DNA of 64,000 nucleotides from an uncultured Methylomirabilota bacterium (GCA_963845565.1 CAWJSJ010000004.1:32001-96000), one strand, 5' to 3'; shown: positions 32,557-42,792, numbered from the stretch's first letter. Made by a program: numbers and translations. Notes: generated by a model from the sequence alone, not told the origin.

Positions 32557-33505
32557 CGGATGGAAGCGTGGATGGATCCTGCTAGCGGCGTGGGCAATCC
32601 TGATCGGCGCGTCGCCGGTCGGGGCCCAGGAGTATCCCAGCAAGCCGATCGAGGTCGTGGTCGGGGCCGCGCCCGGCGGCGGCACGGACATGATTGCCAG
32701 GGCCGTGGCCGACGTGGCCCCCAAGTATGTAGGGCAGCCCCTGGTCGTGGTGAACAAGGTGGGAGCCGCCATGACCATCGCCGCGCAGTACGTTGCCAGC
32801 GCGAAACCGGATGGCTATACGCTGAACGTGGCAGGGGGCAGCGAGACGGTGGCCGTGCCCCACTTCCGGAGCCTCCCCTTCGATCCCCTCAACGATTTCG
32901 AGCCCGTCATCCGGTTCATCATCGAGCGGGTCGGATTCTATGTACAGGCGGACAGCCCCTGGAAGAGCATGAAGGATTTCGTGGCGGATGCGAAGCAGAA
33001 CCCCGACAAATACTCCTATGCCCATGCGGGTGTCGGCGGCATCCACCACGCCACCATGCTGGCCGTGGAGAAGCGGGCGGGCATCCGCCTGACCGCCGTG
33101 CCGCACAAGGGGGGAGCGGAGAACCTGGCCGCCCTGGCCGGAGGTCACGTGAACATGGCGGTCGCCTCGCCGAACGAGGCATATGCCCTGGTCCAGGCCG
33201 GGCGCGTGCGCCCCCTGGCCAACGCCTCGCTGAAGCGGTCGGCGACGGAGCCGGACACGCCGACCCTGCGCGAGGTGGGAATCGACGTCTACATCGAAAA
33301 CCAGAAGGGATTCGTCTTCCCGAAGGGGACGCCGGCCCCCATCGTCCAGAAGCTCCACGACAGCCTCCGAAAGGTCTTCGACGATCCGCAGTTCAAGGCC
33401 AACGCCGACAAGCTGAAGCTGGAGCTGGCGTATCTCAACGGAGAGGACTTTCGCAAGGCCCTGAAGGCGATGTACGACCAGATCGGCGAGGCGGTGAAGA
33501 AGTAA
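32549..33505 (+). CDS. tripartite tricarboxylate transporter substrate-binding protein TctC
   Basis: YPSKPIEVVVGAAPGGGTD, KPDGYTL. Confidence 0.92.
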   Translation: MRSGWKRGWILLAAWAILIGASPVGAQEYPSKPIEVVVGAAPGGGTDMIARAVADVAPKYVGQPLVVVNKVGAAMTIAAQYVASAKPDGYTLNVAGGSETVAVPHFRSLPFDPLNDFEPVIRFIIERVGFYVQADSPWKSMKDFVADAKQNPDKYSYAHAGVGGIHHATMLAVEKRAGIRLTAVPHKGGAENLAALAGGHVNMAVASPNEAYALVQAGRVRPLANASLKRSATEPDTPTLREVGIDVYIENQKGFVFPKGTPAPIVQKLHDSLRKVFDDPQFKANADKLKLELAYLNGEDFRKALKAMYDQIGEAVKK

Positions 33506-33524
33506 CACCGACGCTCGCGGGAGC

Positions 33525-33983
33525 GTGCGCATGACCGTTGATCGGGTGCTTGGTCTGGGAGCCATTCTCCTGGCGATTCCGGTTGCAGCGGCCTCGTGGG
33601 GATTTGGGGTGGGGAGCCCCAAATCCCCCGGCGCCGGGTTCTGGCCGTTGCTCATCGTCGTGGCGATGGCGGGGCTGGGCCTTTCGCTCCTCCTGCATCC
33701 GAGCCAGGCGGTCCCTTCGGCTGCGACGCAGGAGTCCCGCTGGGGACGGCTCTGGATTGCCCTTGGCACGATGGCAGTCTACGTGGTCACCCTGGATCCA
33801 CTCGGGTTCCCGGTCGCAACCACCATCCTGCTCTTCGTGCAACTCCGCTGGGTGGAGAGCCGCACCTGGCGGTCGAGCGCCTGGATCGCCGCCCTGACGC
33901 CGCTCATCGCGTTCGTCCTCTTCCGGGTTCTGCTCAAGGTCCCCCTACCGGCCGGCGTGGTCCCGCTGCCCAGAGGTTGGTAA
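33525..33983 (+). CDS. tripartite tricarboxylate transporter TctB
   Basis: PGAGFWP, LGF, LLKVPLPAG; lies between tctC and tctA. Confidence 0.88.
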   Translation: MRMTVDRVLGLGAILLAIPVAAASWGFGVGSPKSPGAGFWPLLIVVAMAGLGLSLLLHPSQAVPSAATQESRWGRLWIALGTMAVYVVTLDPLGFPVATTILLFVQLRWVESRTWRSSAWIAALTPLIAFVLFRVLLKVPLPAGVVPLPRGW

Positions 33984-34006
33984 GGCCGAGCAAAGAAGGA
34001 GCGAGG

Positions 34007-35521
34007 TTGGATACCATCGGTCCCCTGCTTCACGGTTTTGCCGTGGCCCTGACCCCCGGCAATCTCCTGGCCGTGCTCCTGGGGACGTTGATCGGCACGG
34101 TGATCGGCGTTCTGCCGGGCCTGGGGCCGACTGCGTCCATCGCGCTGCTGCTCCCGGTCACCATCGGCATGGACATGGTGCCGGCCCTCATCATGCTGGC
34201 GGGGATCTACTACGGGGCGATGTACGGAGGCTCGACGACCTCCATCCTGGTCAACATCCCCGGGGAGGCCGCCTCGGTCGTCACCTGCATGGACGGCTAT
34301 CAGATGGCCCGGAAGGGCCGGGCCGGCCCCGCGCTCGGGATGTCGGCCTTCGGGTCGTTCATCGGCGGCACCGTCAGCGTGGTGGCGGTGATGCTGATCT
34401 CGCCGTTCCTGGCCGAGGCCGCCCTGAAGTTCGGGCCGCCCGAGATGTTTGCGCTGCTCTTCTTCGCCTTCACCTGCATCGGGGGTCTGACCGGGAAGTC
34501 GCGGACGCGCGGCCTGCTCATGGCCTGCGTGGGGCTGCTCCTCGGCACGATCGGGACGGACGATATCCAGGGGGTGGACCGGTTCGTCTTCGGGACGCTC
34601 TACCTGCGGGATGGGATCGGCCTGGTGCCGCTGGCCATGGGGCTCTTCGGGCTGGGGGAGATCATCTACAACATCGAGCAGCGGGAGGAGACCGGCTCGG
34701 TGCTGGAGACTCCCAAGAACCTGCTACCGACGCTGCGGGACTGGAAGGATTCAGCCTGGCCCATCGCGCGCGGCAGCGTCCTCGGGTTCGGCATCGGGAT
34801 CCTGCCGGGCGGCATGCCGGCGGTGGCCTCGCTCTTGAGTTACGCCGTCGAGCGGCGGGTGGCCAAGCGGCCGGAGGAGTTCGGCCACGGGGCCATCGAG
34901 GGGGTGGCGGGGCCCGAGACGGCGAACAACGCCGCCACCGCCGGCGGCTTCGTGCCGCTGCTCACGCTGGGGATTCCGACCAACAGCGTCCTCGCACTCA
35001 TGCTGGCGGCCATGATGCTCCACGGGGTCACGCCGGGGCCCCTTTTGCTCCTCAAGTGGCCGGATGTGTTCTGGGGGGTGATTGCGAGCATGTACATCGG
35101 CAACGCGATGCTCCTGGTCCTCAACCTGCCGATGATCGGACTGTTCGTGCAGATCCTCAAGGTCCCCTACGGCATCCTGTCGCCCCTGATCGTCATGTTT
35201 GTCCTGCTGGGGGCCTACGCCCTGAACAACAGCGTCACCGATGTGCTGGCGACCGTCCTGTTCGGGCTGGTGGGATACCTCATGAAGCGACACGGACTAG
35301 AACCGGCTCCGCTGGTGCTGGCCTTCGTCTTGGGGCCGATGCTCGAGAACAACCTGAGCAAGGCCCTGATCATGTCCCGGACGGGGAGCCCGCTGTTCTT
35401 CTTCTCCAGACCCATCTCGGGGACCCTGCTCGCGTGCGCCATCCTGGTCCTGGCCTTTCCCCTGATTCGCTGGGGCTGGCGCCGGGCGACCGGTCGGCGG
35501 CCGGCGCCAGCCGGCGCGTGA
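34007..35521 (+). CDS. tripartite tricarboxylate transporter TctA
   Basis: GVLPGLG, YYGAMYGGS, NIPGEAAS, GPETANNA; TTG start. Confidence 0.93.
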   Translation: MDTIGPLLHGFAVALTPGNLLAVLLGTLIGTVIGVLPGLGPTASIALLLPVTIGMDMVPALIMLAGIYYGAMYGGSTTSILVNIPGEAASVVTCMDGYQMARKGRAGPALGMSAFGSFIGGTVSVVAVMLISPFLAEAALKFGPPEMFALLFFAFTCIGGLTGKSRTRGLLMACVGLLLGTIGTDDIQGVDRFVFGTLYLRDGIGLVPLAMGLFGLGEIIYNIEQREETGSVLETPKNLLPTLRDWKDSAWPIARGSVLGFGIGILPGGMPAVASLLSYAVERRVAKRPEEFGHGAIEGVAGPETANNAATAGGFVPLLTLGIPTNSVLALMLAAMMLHGVTPGPLLLLKWPDVFWGVIASMYIGNAMLLVLNLPMIGLFVQILKVPYGILSPLIVMFVLLGAYALNNSVTDVLATVLFGLVGYLMKRHGLEPAPLVLAFVLGPMLENNLSKALIMSRTGSPLFFFSRPISGTLLACAILVLAFPLIRWGWRRATGRRPAPAGA

Positions 35522-35543
35522 TCTTTTTTCTGTGGAGGCGGCA

Positions 35544-36590
35544 GTGACGACACGAGTGAAGCCGGATCAATTGCGCGACTTCTGTGCGGGACTCTTCGAG
35601 GGGGCAGGCGTGCCGTCGGCGGACGCCCGGACGGTGGCCGATAGCTTGGTGGAGGCGGATCTCCGGGGGGTGTCCTCTCACGGGACGACCCGCGTCGGGA
35701 TCTATCTGGAGCGCCTTCAGGCGGGGCTGATCAACTCGCGACCGACGGTGGCGGTAATCCGGGAGACCGCAACCACCCTCCTCCTGGACGGCGACAACGG
35801 CTTGGGGCCGGTCGTCGGCGTGCGCGCCATGGACGAGGCGATCCGGCGGGCAACGGAGTACGGGACCGCCTGGGTGGGTGTCCGGAACAGCAACCACTTC
35901 GGTGCGGCGGCGTACTACGTGACGCGGGCGATCACCGCCCGGTGCATCGGGTTCGCCCTGACGAACGCCCCCGCCACGATGGCGCTGTGGGGAGGCCGGA
36001 CGCCGTTTCTCGGGACCAACCCCTTTGCCATGGGGGTGCCGGCCGGCCGGGAGCGGCCCATCGTGGTGGACATGGCGACCAGCGTGGCGGCGCGCGGCAA
36101 GATCATCCTGGCGGCGAAGAAGGGCGAGGCCATCCCGTCGGGTCTGGCCGTCGACGTCGAGGGCCGGCCGACGACCGACGCGCAGGCTGCGCTGGATGGC
36201 GCGGTCCTGCCCTTCGCGCAGCACAAGGGGTACGGCATTGCGCTCTTGATCGAGATGCTGTCCGGGGTCCTGGCTGGCGCCACCATCGCACCAGCCGTGG
36301 GGAACCTCTACGGCAACCCCACCGGGACGCAGAACCTCGGCCACGGCTTCGGGGCGCTGCGCGTGGAGGCGCTGGCCCCGATCGGCGAGTTCGCGGAGCG
36401 CATGGACACGCTGATCCGCGAAGTGCGACAGAGCCCGCGCGGCGCCGGCATAGAGCGCATCTATCTGCCGGGCGAGATCGAGTTCGAATTGGCGGAACGA
36501 AACCGCCGAGACGGACTGGCGCTGGCGGAGCCGACGGTTCGCGAACTGTCCGCCCTGGGGACGCAGGTCGGGGTTGCCTGTCCGTTCTAG
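35544..36590 (+). CDS. Ldh2/ComC family (malate/lactate/ureidoglycolate) dehydrogenase
   Basis: ADLRGVSSHG, DGDNGLG, NSNHFG, GTNP, DMATS, HKGYG, YLPGE. Confidence 0.92.
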   Translation: MTTRVKPDQLRDFCAGLFEGAGVPSADARTVADSLVEADLRGVSSHGTTRVGIYLERLQAGLINSRPTVAVIRETATTLLLDGDNGLGPVVGVRAMDEAIRRATEYGTAWVGVRNSNHFGAAAYYVTRAITARCIGFALTNAPATMALWGGRTPFLGTNPFAMGVPAGRERPIVVDMATSVAARGKIILAAKKGEAIPSGLAVDVEGRPTTDAQAALDGAVLPFAQHKGYGIALLIEMLSGVLAGATIAPAVGNLYGNPTGTQNLGHGFGALRVEALAPIGEFAERMDTLIREVRQSPRGAGIERIYLPGEIEFELAERNRRDGLALAEPTVRELSALGTQVGVACPF

Positions 36591-36596
36591 TCTAGT

Positions 36597-36713
36597 CAGG
36601 CGGCGGTCGCGAAAGAGCAGGCGATGCGGGACCGCATCCTGACGGGGGAATACCTCTACGACATCCTGAAGTGTGGCGACGTGCTCAACAGGCTTGGCGT
36701 CGCGGAGAAGTGA
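36597..36713 (+). pseudogene. C-terminal stub of a lost gene, RraA/HMG-aldolase-like
   Basis: QAAVAKEQAMRDRILTGEYLYDILKCGDVLNRLGVAEK-stop with no upstream part. Confidence 0.5.
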
Positions 36714-36748
36714 ACCCGGAGCGAATCGAGAAAGGAAGCGACGTTGCC

Positions 36749-37705
36749 ATGAAACCAAAGGTCCTCGTCACGGAGAACATTCATCAGGTCGGGTGGGAAA
36801 CCCTGCGGGCCGACGCGGAGGCCGTGGCCTGGGGCGGACAGGAAAAGCAGCCGCTCCTCGAAGCGGTCAAGGACGTCCAGGCGATCCTGGTTCGCGTCGC
36901 CAAGCTCACGCCGGAGGTCATTCAGGCCGCGTCGCAGTTGAAGGTCATCGGCAAGCATGGCGTCGGCTACGACAACATCAACATCCCGGCCGCCACGGCA
37001 CGCGGCGTCGTCGTCACCAATACGCCTCTGGCGAACTCCACCTCGGTGGCCGAACACGCGCTGGCGCTTCTCCTGGCAGTGGCCCGTCGGATCGGAGAAT
37101 CCGACCGGGACCTGGCCCGCGGGGCGATGCGCAGCCAGAAGGTCTATCAGGGGCTGGAGTTGTCGGGGAAGGTGATGGGGATCATCGGCCTGGGGAGCGC
37201 CGGATTCCGGCTGGCCCGGATGACCGGGCAGGGTCTCGGCATGCGAGTACTCGGGTTCGATCCGTACAAGGAGCCGTGGCCGGAGGGGATCGAGCGCTGC
37301 CGGGAGGTCGAGCCGCTCCTGGCTCAGGCGGATTTCGTCTCGATCCATGTTCCGCTCACCAAGGAAACGACGAACCTCATCGGCAAAGAGACTCTCGCAA
37401 AGATGAAGCCCACCGCCGTTCTGGTGAACACCGCCCGGGGCGGGATCGTGGACGAGGCCGCGGTGGCCGAGGCCGTGACGGCGGGTCGTTTGGCCGGAGT
37501 AGGGCTCGACGTGGTGGTGGACGAGCCTCTCAAGCCGTCTCACCCCTTGAACGGCGTGCCCAACATCCTCCTCACGGCACACGTGGCCGGCGTGACCGAG
37601 GAGGCCATGATGCGCATGGCTCAGGACTCCGCCGAGGACATCCTGCGGGTGTTGCGGGGAGAGCGCCCAAAGTATCCGGTGAATCGCGAAGTCTTGAAGG
37701 GATAG
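36749..37705 (+). CDS. D-isomer-specific 2-hydroxyacid dehydrogenase (SerA-like)
   Basis: HGVGYDNI, SVAEH, GIIGLG, VNTARGGIVDE, HVAG. Confidence 0.92.
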   Translation: MKPKVLVTENIHQVGWETLRADAEAVAWGGQEKQPLLEAVKDVQAILVRVAKLTPEVIQAASQLKVIGKHGVGYDNINIPAATARGVVVTNTPLANSTSVAEHALALLLAVARRIGESDRDLARGAMRSQKVYQGLELSGKVMGIIGLGSAGFRLARMTGQGLGMRVLGFDPYKEPWPEGIERCREVEPLLAQADFVSIHVPLTKETTNLIGKETLAKMKPTAVLVNTARGGIVDEAAVAEAVTAGRLAGVGLDVVVDEPLKPSHPLNGVPNILLTAHVAGVTEEAMMRMAQDSAEDILRVLRGERPKYPVNREVLKG

Positions 37706-37723
37706 CGGTGCGGGTTGGGATTC

Positions 37724-37769
37724 CCAAAACGGCCGGGACCGGCAGAGATGCCGACCCCGGCCGTTTTGG
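37724..37769. terminator. hairpin between convergent genes
   Basis: CCAAAACGGCCGGG...CCCGGCCGTTTTGG. Confidence 0.6.
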
Positions 37770-37775
37770 TCTGCG

Positions 37776-38258
37776 TCAGTCGTCGTTCCCCTTGCCCTTT
37801 CCCTTGCCCTTGTGTTTGTCCTTTTCCTTGTGTTTCCCGTGTCCCTTCTCGTTGTCGTATCCCTGGGCTGCCGCCCAGGGCGGGGGCCCGTGCTTCTTCC
37901 AGTGCCCGGGCGGATGCTTGTAGTACGTCACGGGGACGGCCAGGATCGGCCGCGGGACCTGGTGGATGACCAGCGACATCCAGGGGCCATTGTAGCGGGC
38001 CGAGTAAAACCAGCCACCTTCATGGAACAGATAGTAGTAGCCGTCGTAGGTGAAGTAGTTGTGCGACACCGAGGGCGCATATTGCACGGGCACCCCCGGC
38101 ACTGCCACGAGCGGCGGCGGGGCCCCGATGTTGAGGCCGAAGTTCACGCTCGGGGTGCTGATGCCGACACTGACATTCTGGGCACGGGCCGCCTCTTGCG
38201 TCAGCCCGAGGAAGGCCGCGGCCGTGGCCGCGGCAAGAGCAAGTGTTCGAAATCGCAT
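37776..38258 (-). CDS. secreted Tyr/Pro-rich hypothetical protein with His/Lys/Gly tail
   Basis: Signal peptide; VPGVPVQYAP..YYYLFHEGGWF; PPPWAAAQGY; HGKHKEKDKHKGKGKGKG. Confidence 0.8.
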   Translation of the reverse strand: MRFRTLALAAATAAAFLGLTQEAARAQNVSVGISTPSVNFGLNIGAPPPLVAVPGVPVQYAPSVSHNYFTYDGYYYLFHEGGWFYSARYNGPWMSLVIHQVPRPILAVPVTYYKHPPGHWKKHGPPPWAAAQGYDNEKGHGKHKEKDKHKGKGKGKGNDD

Positions 38259-38720
38259 AGACTCTTCTCCGTTTCGGGGTTGTTGATGGCGCAACCGAGG
38301 TTGCCCGGGTGATTACGGACGGGTCCTCGTCGTGGTGGTCGAAGTCGTCGCGCCCGACTTGACCCCCGTGGTCGTGGCGCGCGTGGGCGAACCTTCCTTC
38401 ATCGTGACTACCGATGCACGCCCTCGACACACAGCAAGAATTGTACCGGGAGATCACGGTCGTAACCCATTGAGAAATCAGGGTGCATGCATCTTGCCGG
38501 TAGGCCGGGTCGTGGAAAAGGCACAACGTGGGTAGAAAAATCGTCAGACGATCGAGGGGCACCGTCGCGGGTGTCGCCGGGAAGCCCCATGAGTTCCGCT
38601 AGGTTCCGGCTTGACATGGGCCAGAAGGCCGCCGGATACTTCGACACCGTCGCGGCTTTCGTCGCCCGGCTCTCTGACGACCATGGGTGGGCGAAGGCCG
38701 GCGCTGGCGGAGGCCATGTC

Positions 38721-39575
38721 ATGACGCGGATGAACGCCTGGTGGGACGCAGGTGTATTGCTGTTCATCGCGCTCTTGTGGATCGGTTCGCCCGCCGCCGA
38801 GAGCTGTACGCTCTGGGCGGCGGTGGGGGAGGCCGCCCGGGACGGAGGCAGTCTGGTGGTCAAGAACCGCGACTGGCGGCCCGATCATCGGCAGGCGATC
38901 AAACGCGTGACGCCGAAACAGGGCTTCCGCTACTACGGCCTCTTTGCGTACGGCAACGACTACCCGGGTCTCAAGGCCGGTGTCAACGAGAAGGGGCTCG
39001 TCGTCGTGTCGGCCACCGCGCCCTATCGCCAGCGAGACCTCAAGGAGATGCCCAGGACCAAGGACCGCCTGGGCCGACTTCTTCGGGAGCATGCCACGGT
39101 GGAGGAGGCGCTGAGCCGTCAGGACCTGTTCCTCGGTCCGACGTTTTTCCTGATCGCCGACCGGCGGCAGGCGGCGGTGGTTGAAGTCGGCCCGGGCGGA
39201 ACCTTTGCCATCGGGAAGCCCGTCGGAGGTATCATCGCGCACACCAATCACTATGTCCTGCCCTCGATGGTCCGGTTCAACCCAGCCAAGATCGGCGAGA
39301 GCAGCCGGGAACGCTCGACCCGGATCCACGAGGTGCTGGGAACCGGCGGCCCCTTCGGCCCGGCCGACTTCGAACGGATCAGCGCGTCACGGGACGGCGG
39401 GGTGGATCACGCCATCTGGCGCACCGGCAAGGGGCCTGACGCCACTCGCACGCTTGCCACCTGGATGGTCCGCCAGAGGGCCGACGGCGACATCGCGCTG
39501 TTTGTTCGTCTGGCCAACCCAGGAGACGAGGTCCGGGAGATCCGCCTCTCGGGCGCGGATCTCTTCGGGCGGTGA
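38721..39575 (+). CDS. secreted Ntn-hydrolase (C45 / isopenicillin-N acyltransferase-like)
   Basis: Signal peptide ending AES, then CTLWAA..KNRD; GVNEKGL; HTNHY. Confidence 0.85.
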   Translation: MTRMNAWWDAGVLLFIALLWIGSPAAESCTLWAAVGEAARDGGSLVVKNRDWRPDHRQAIKRVTPKQGFRYYGLFAYGNDYPGLKAGVNEKGLVVVSATAPYRQRDLKEMPRTKDRLGRLLREHATVEEALSRQDLFLGPTFFLIADRRQAAVVEVGPGGTFAIGKPVGGIIAHTNHYVLPSMVRFNPAKIGESSRERSTRIHEVLGTGGPFGPADFERISASRDGGVDHAIWRTGKGPDATRTLATWMVRQRADGDIALFVRLANPGDEVREIRLSGADLFGR

Positions 39576-39623
39576 GCCGTTGTCAAAGAATAAGTTGAGC
39601 GGAGACATTCCGAAACGGCATAA

Positions 39624-39674
39624 GGAGCCGTAACGAAATAGAAAGAGATGTATAGGGTATTTCGTAACGGCTCC
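39624..39674. mobile_element. 51-bp IS5-like miniature element or IS scar
   Basis: GGAGCCGTAACGAAATA...TATTTCGTAACGGCTCC near-perfect IRs flanked by TAA on both sides. Confidence 0.65.
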
Positions 39675-39761
39675 TAAGGCGCGACAGCACCGCGGGAAGC
39701 GCCGGCCACCTCTCTTGCCACGGCCGACCGGTCTCGAAGCGATGTCGGCGATGGGCTGTGA

Positions 39762-39884
39762 TCACGGGCAGGCTCGGAACGGATGCTGTGCGATCCAGTG
39801 CCGGGCGATGTCTGCCCGGCGGCAGATCCAGACCCGGTCGTGTTGCTGGACGTAGTCCAGGAAGCGCATGAGCGCGGCGGCGCG
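39762..39884 (-). pseudogene. 3' fragment of a second puuE copy
   Basis: [35 protein letters not shown]; 95 bp match 46045-46140 apart from one indel. Confidence 0.8.
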
Positions 39885-40602
39885 GCACGGGCTGTGCGTC
39901 ATCGAGGATGCCGCCCACTGCATCGGCGGCGAGTACCGGGGACGGCGGATCGGGAGCTTCGGCGACACGCAGGTGTTCAGCTTCCACCCGAACAAAAACA
40001 TCACGACCGGCGAGGGTGGTTGCGTCGTGACCCGCGACGCCAAGATGCAACGCGACATCAAGTTGTTGCGCTTTCACGGGATCGACCGCGAGGCGACGTC
40101 TGAGTTGGCGCGGCGCGGGTTGCCGCACTACGAAATCGGCCTCGCGGGATACCAGTTCAACATGATGGACCTGCAAGCCGCTCTGGGCCTTCACCAGTTG
40201 CCGCGGCTGGACGCGATCAATGACCGTCGCCGCCGACTGGCCGATCGGTACCGACAAGCGCTCGCCGCCTGCCCCGGCCTGAGGTGTCCCCGGACGCCGG
40301 CCTACCCGCATACGCACGCGTGGCATCTCTTCGCGCCGCTAGTCGAGGCGGACGCTTCTGGCGCGTCCCGCGATGACCTCATGCTCTGCCTCAGAGAGCG
40401 GGGGATGGGCACCGGCTTGCACTACCAGGCGATCCACCTGAGCAGCTTCTACGCGAAACGGTATGGCTGGACGCGAGGCGATTTCCCAAACGCGGAGTAC
40501 ATCTCCGACCGCGTCGTCAGTCTGCCCCAGTTTCCCGACATGACCGAGGCGGACCAAGACCGCGTGGTCGCGGCGCTTGCCGCGATCTTCGGCGAAGTCT
40601 GA
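39877..40602 (+). pseudogene. 5'-truncated DegT/DnrJ/EryC1/StrS aminotransferase
   Basis: Begins at ARHGLCVIEDAAH; FSFHPNKNITTGEGG PLP-lysine motif; N-terminal third missing. Confidence 0.8.
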
Positions 40603-40774
40603 GTGTCGCCCGCTGGTGACTCTCGGGCCTTTTGTGGCGAATCGTTTCGGTGACCCCGCTGTGTCACTTCGGCCTTGACCCGTGCGCCGTCCACGCGGAT
40701 GCTCTTGAGCGGGTCAACTACCCGCGGCCTGTTGGCCGACCGCGCGCGAGGCGAATGGAGGAGAGGAGGACAAC

Positions 40775-41241
40775 ATGAAATACCTCGCAGTGATCTCGCT
40801 CTCTTGGGAATCGCCACCTCGTTTGCCGCGCAAGACCTCACGTGGCGCAAGGACGTGCAGCCGATCATTCAGGCCTCGTGCGCGGCGTGCCACGGGGCGA
40901 AAGCCCCCGTCTATGAGGAATGGAACCTCGATTGGGAGAAATGGACCAAGCAGAACGTGGGTCCGCGCATGGATCTGTACGAGTACTTCATGCGCCATGT
41001 GGTCTGGCCCGCCACCGGTTCTTTGATACGGCGCCTCGACGACGGCAAGAACGCGGACGGAAAGCCCGGGAACATGTACGTCTTCCTGGATTCTACCGAC
41101 GCGGACCGCGCCAAGAAACTTCAAACGATCAAGGAGTGGCTTGGCGGTGAGGGCGCCTGGTTTCTCAACCGGTGGGAAACACGCGGCAGCGTGCCGGGGG
41201 TGACCAAAGAGCAACTCGACAGGATCAAGGCGAAGTACTGA
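40775..41241 (+). CDS. monoheme cytochrome c-like protein, frameshift in signal peptide near 40795
   Basis: RBS GGAGGA + MKYLAVI; one missing C joins it to LALLGIATSFAAQD...CAACH. Confidence 0.7.
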
Positions 41242-41308
41242 CGGGGACGATTGGGATGCGCCTCTGCGCGAGGCGTCTTGTGCAGATTGGTTAAGAGCAG
41301 TGAAGATG

Positions 41309-41351
41309 CGAAACGGGCGAGACAGGCCAGAGGCAAGCCTCGCCCGTTTCG
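41309..41351. terminator. 13-bp-stem hairpin (terminator or REP) between convergent genes
   Basis: CGAAACGGGCGAG...CTCGCCCGTTTCG. Confidence 0.5.
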
Positions 41352-41574
41352 ATTTTCTGGCAATCGACTCGTTTCGTGTGCTCCTTGACGGGCGCTCCAA
41401 ACCCATACGTTGCAGGCTCACCACAAAGCACTATCGGACAGGCCGAATTCTCCGAATCGCCAGCGTAGCCAGCGGTCCCGTGGGGCCGCACAAGATTGTC
41501 CCAGGGTGCCATCGGAGATGACGGGTCGTTCCAGGCCCTTTGTGTCTTCGTGCTTTGTGGTGAAAGGTTTCGGT

Positions 41575-42792
41575 TTATGCGGGAATCCTCAACGGCCGGA
41601 AAAACGCTCTCAGTTCTTCGGCCATTTCTTCCGCGCGTTCGTGCACGGCGAAATGGCCACCCTTCTCGAACTTCGTGAAGCGGGTGACATTGTAGTAGCG
41701 TTCCGCACGCTGACGCACGATCGGCGCAAGTTCGTGCGGGTAGGCGGCCACTCCCGTCGGCACCTCGATCCGCCTTCCAGGTTCCAGCTCCCACGGATTG
41801 TAGTAGGACTCGCTGTAGAGCCGGATGGCCGACCAGAAGGAGTTCGTGACCCAGTAGAGCATCAGGTTGGTGATGATCATGTCGCGCGGAAAGACGCTCT
41901 CAAAATCATCGCCCCACCCGCTCCAAGCGCGCCATTTCTCGACAATCCAGGCCGCCAGGCCCGCCGGCGAATCGGAAAGAGGCACCGCCAGGGTTTGCGG
42001 CCGGGTCATCTGCTGGTGACAGTACGCTCCCTCGTCAATCCAGTAACGTTCGACGTTCTTCCAATACCAGAGCATCTCGGGATCTTTCGGCTTCACCGGT
42101 GCCCACTTCATGCCCAGCCCACGCAACAGGTCCGGGTCCTTGTCTTCCGGTTCGCGCTCGTCTCCGAGCCTCGGGAACAGGCAGTTCAGATGGATGCCCA
42201 CCAGGTGCTCGGGGCACAGGTACCCGTAAGGCGCCGTGATGAAACCGCCCCAATCGCCGCCCTCGATGCCGTACCGCTCGTACCCCAGCCCCTCGGTCAT
42301 CAACTTGTCGTACTTCTCCGGGTGGTGCTGAAACCCGAAGCCCGCCGTCTTCGGGTAGTCCGAGAACCCGAACCCGATGATCGAGGGGACGATCACCGTG
42401 AACGCGTCGGCGGGGTCGCCGCCGTGGGCGGCCGGGTCCGTGAGCAGGGGCAGAATCCTGAGCAGCATGACGAACGACCACGGATAGCCGTGCATCATGA
42501 ATAGCGGCAGGGAATTCGGCCCCTTCCCCTCCTCGCGAATGAAGTGAATGCCCAGACCGTCCACGTCGGCCTTGAAATGGTTGAGCCGGTTCAGCCGGGC
42601 TTCCTGCTCGCGCCAGTCGTATTCGTCCAGCCAATAGGCCACGAGGTTCTTCATGTAGGCGAGGTCCACGCCGCGGCTCCAGCCTCCTTCCGGCATGGCC
42701 TCCGGCCAGCGCGTGCGCGCCAGACGTTCGCGCAGGTCGTCGAGCACGTCCTGCGGAACCTCGATCTTCATTGGCCTGATGGCGGTTGTCAT
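41575..42792 (-). CDS. epoxide hydrolase (EHN + alpha/beta hydrolase)
   Basis: LDDLRERLARTRWP, YDWREQE, HGYP, GGDWG, GGHFA. Confidence 0.93.
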   Translation of the reverse strand: MTTAIRPMKIEVPQDVLDDLRERLARTRWPEAMPEGGWSRGVDLAYMKNLVAYWLDEYDWREQEARLNRLNHFKADVDGLGIHFIREEGKGPNSLPLFMMHGYPWSFVMLLRILPLLTDPAAHGGDPADAFTVIVPSIIGFGFSDYPKTAGFGFQHHPEKYDKLMTEGLGYERYGIEGGDWGGFITAPYGYLCPEHLVGIHLNCLFPRLGDEREPEDKDPDLLRGLGMKWAPVKPKDPEMLWYWKNVERYWIDEGAYCHQQMTRPQTLAVPLSDSPAGLAAWIVEKWRAWSGWGDDFESVFPRDMIITNLMLYWVTNSFWSAIRLYSESYYNPWELEPGRRIEVPTGVAAYPHELAPIVRQRAERYYNVTRFTKFEKGGHFAVHERAEEMAEELRAFFRPLRIPA

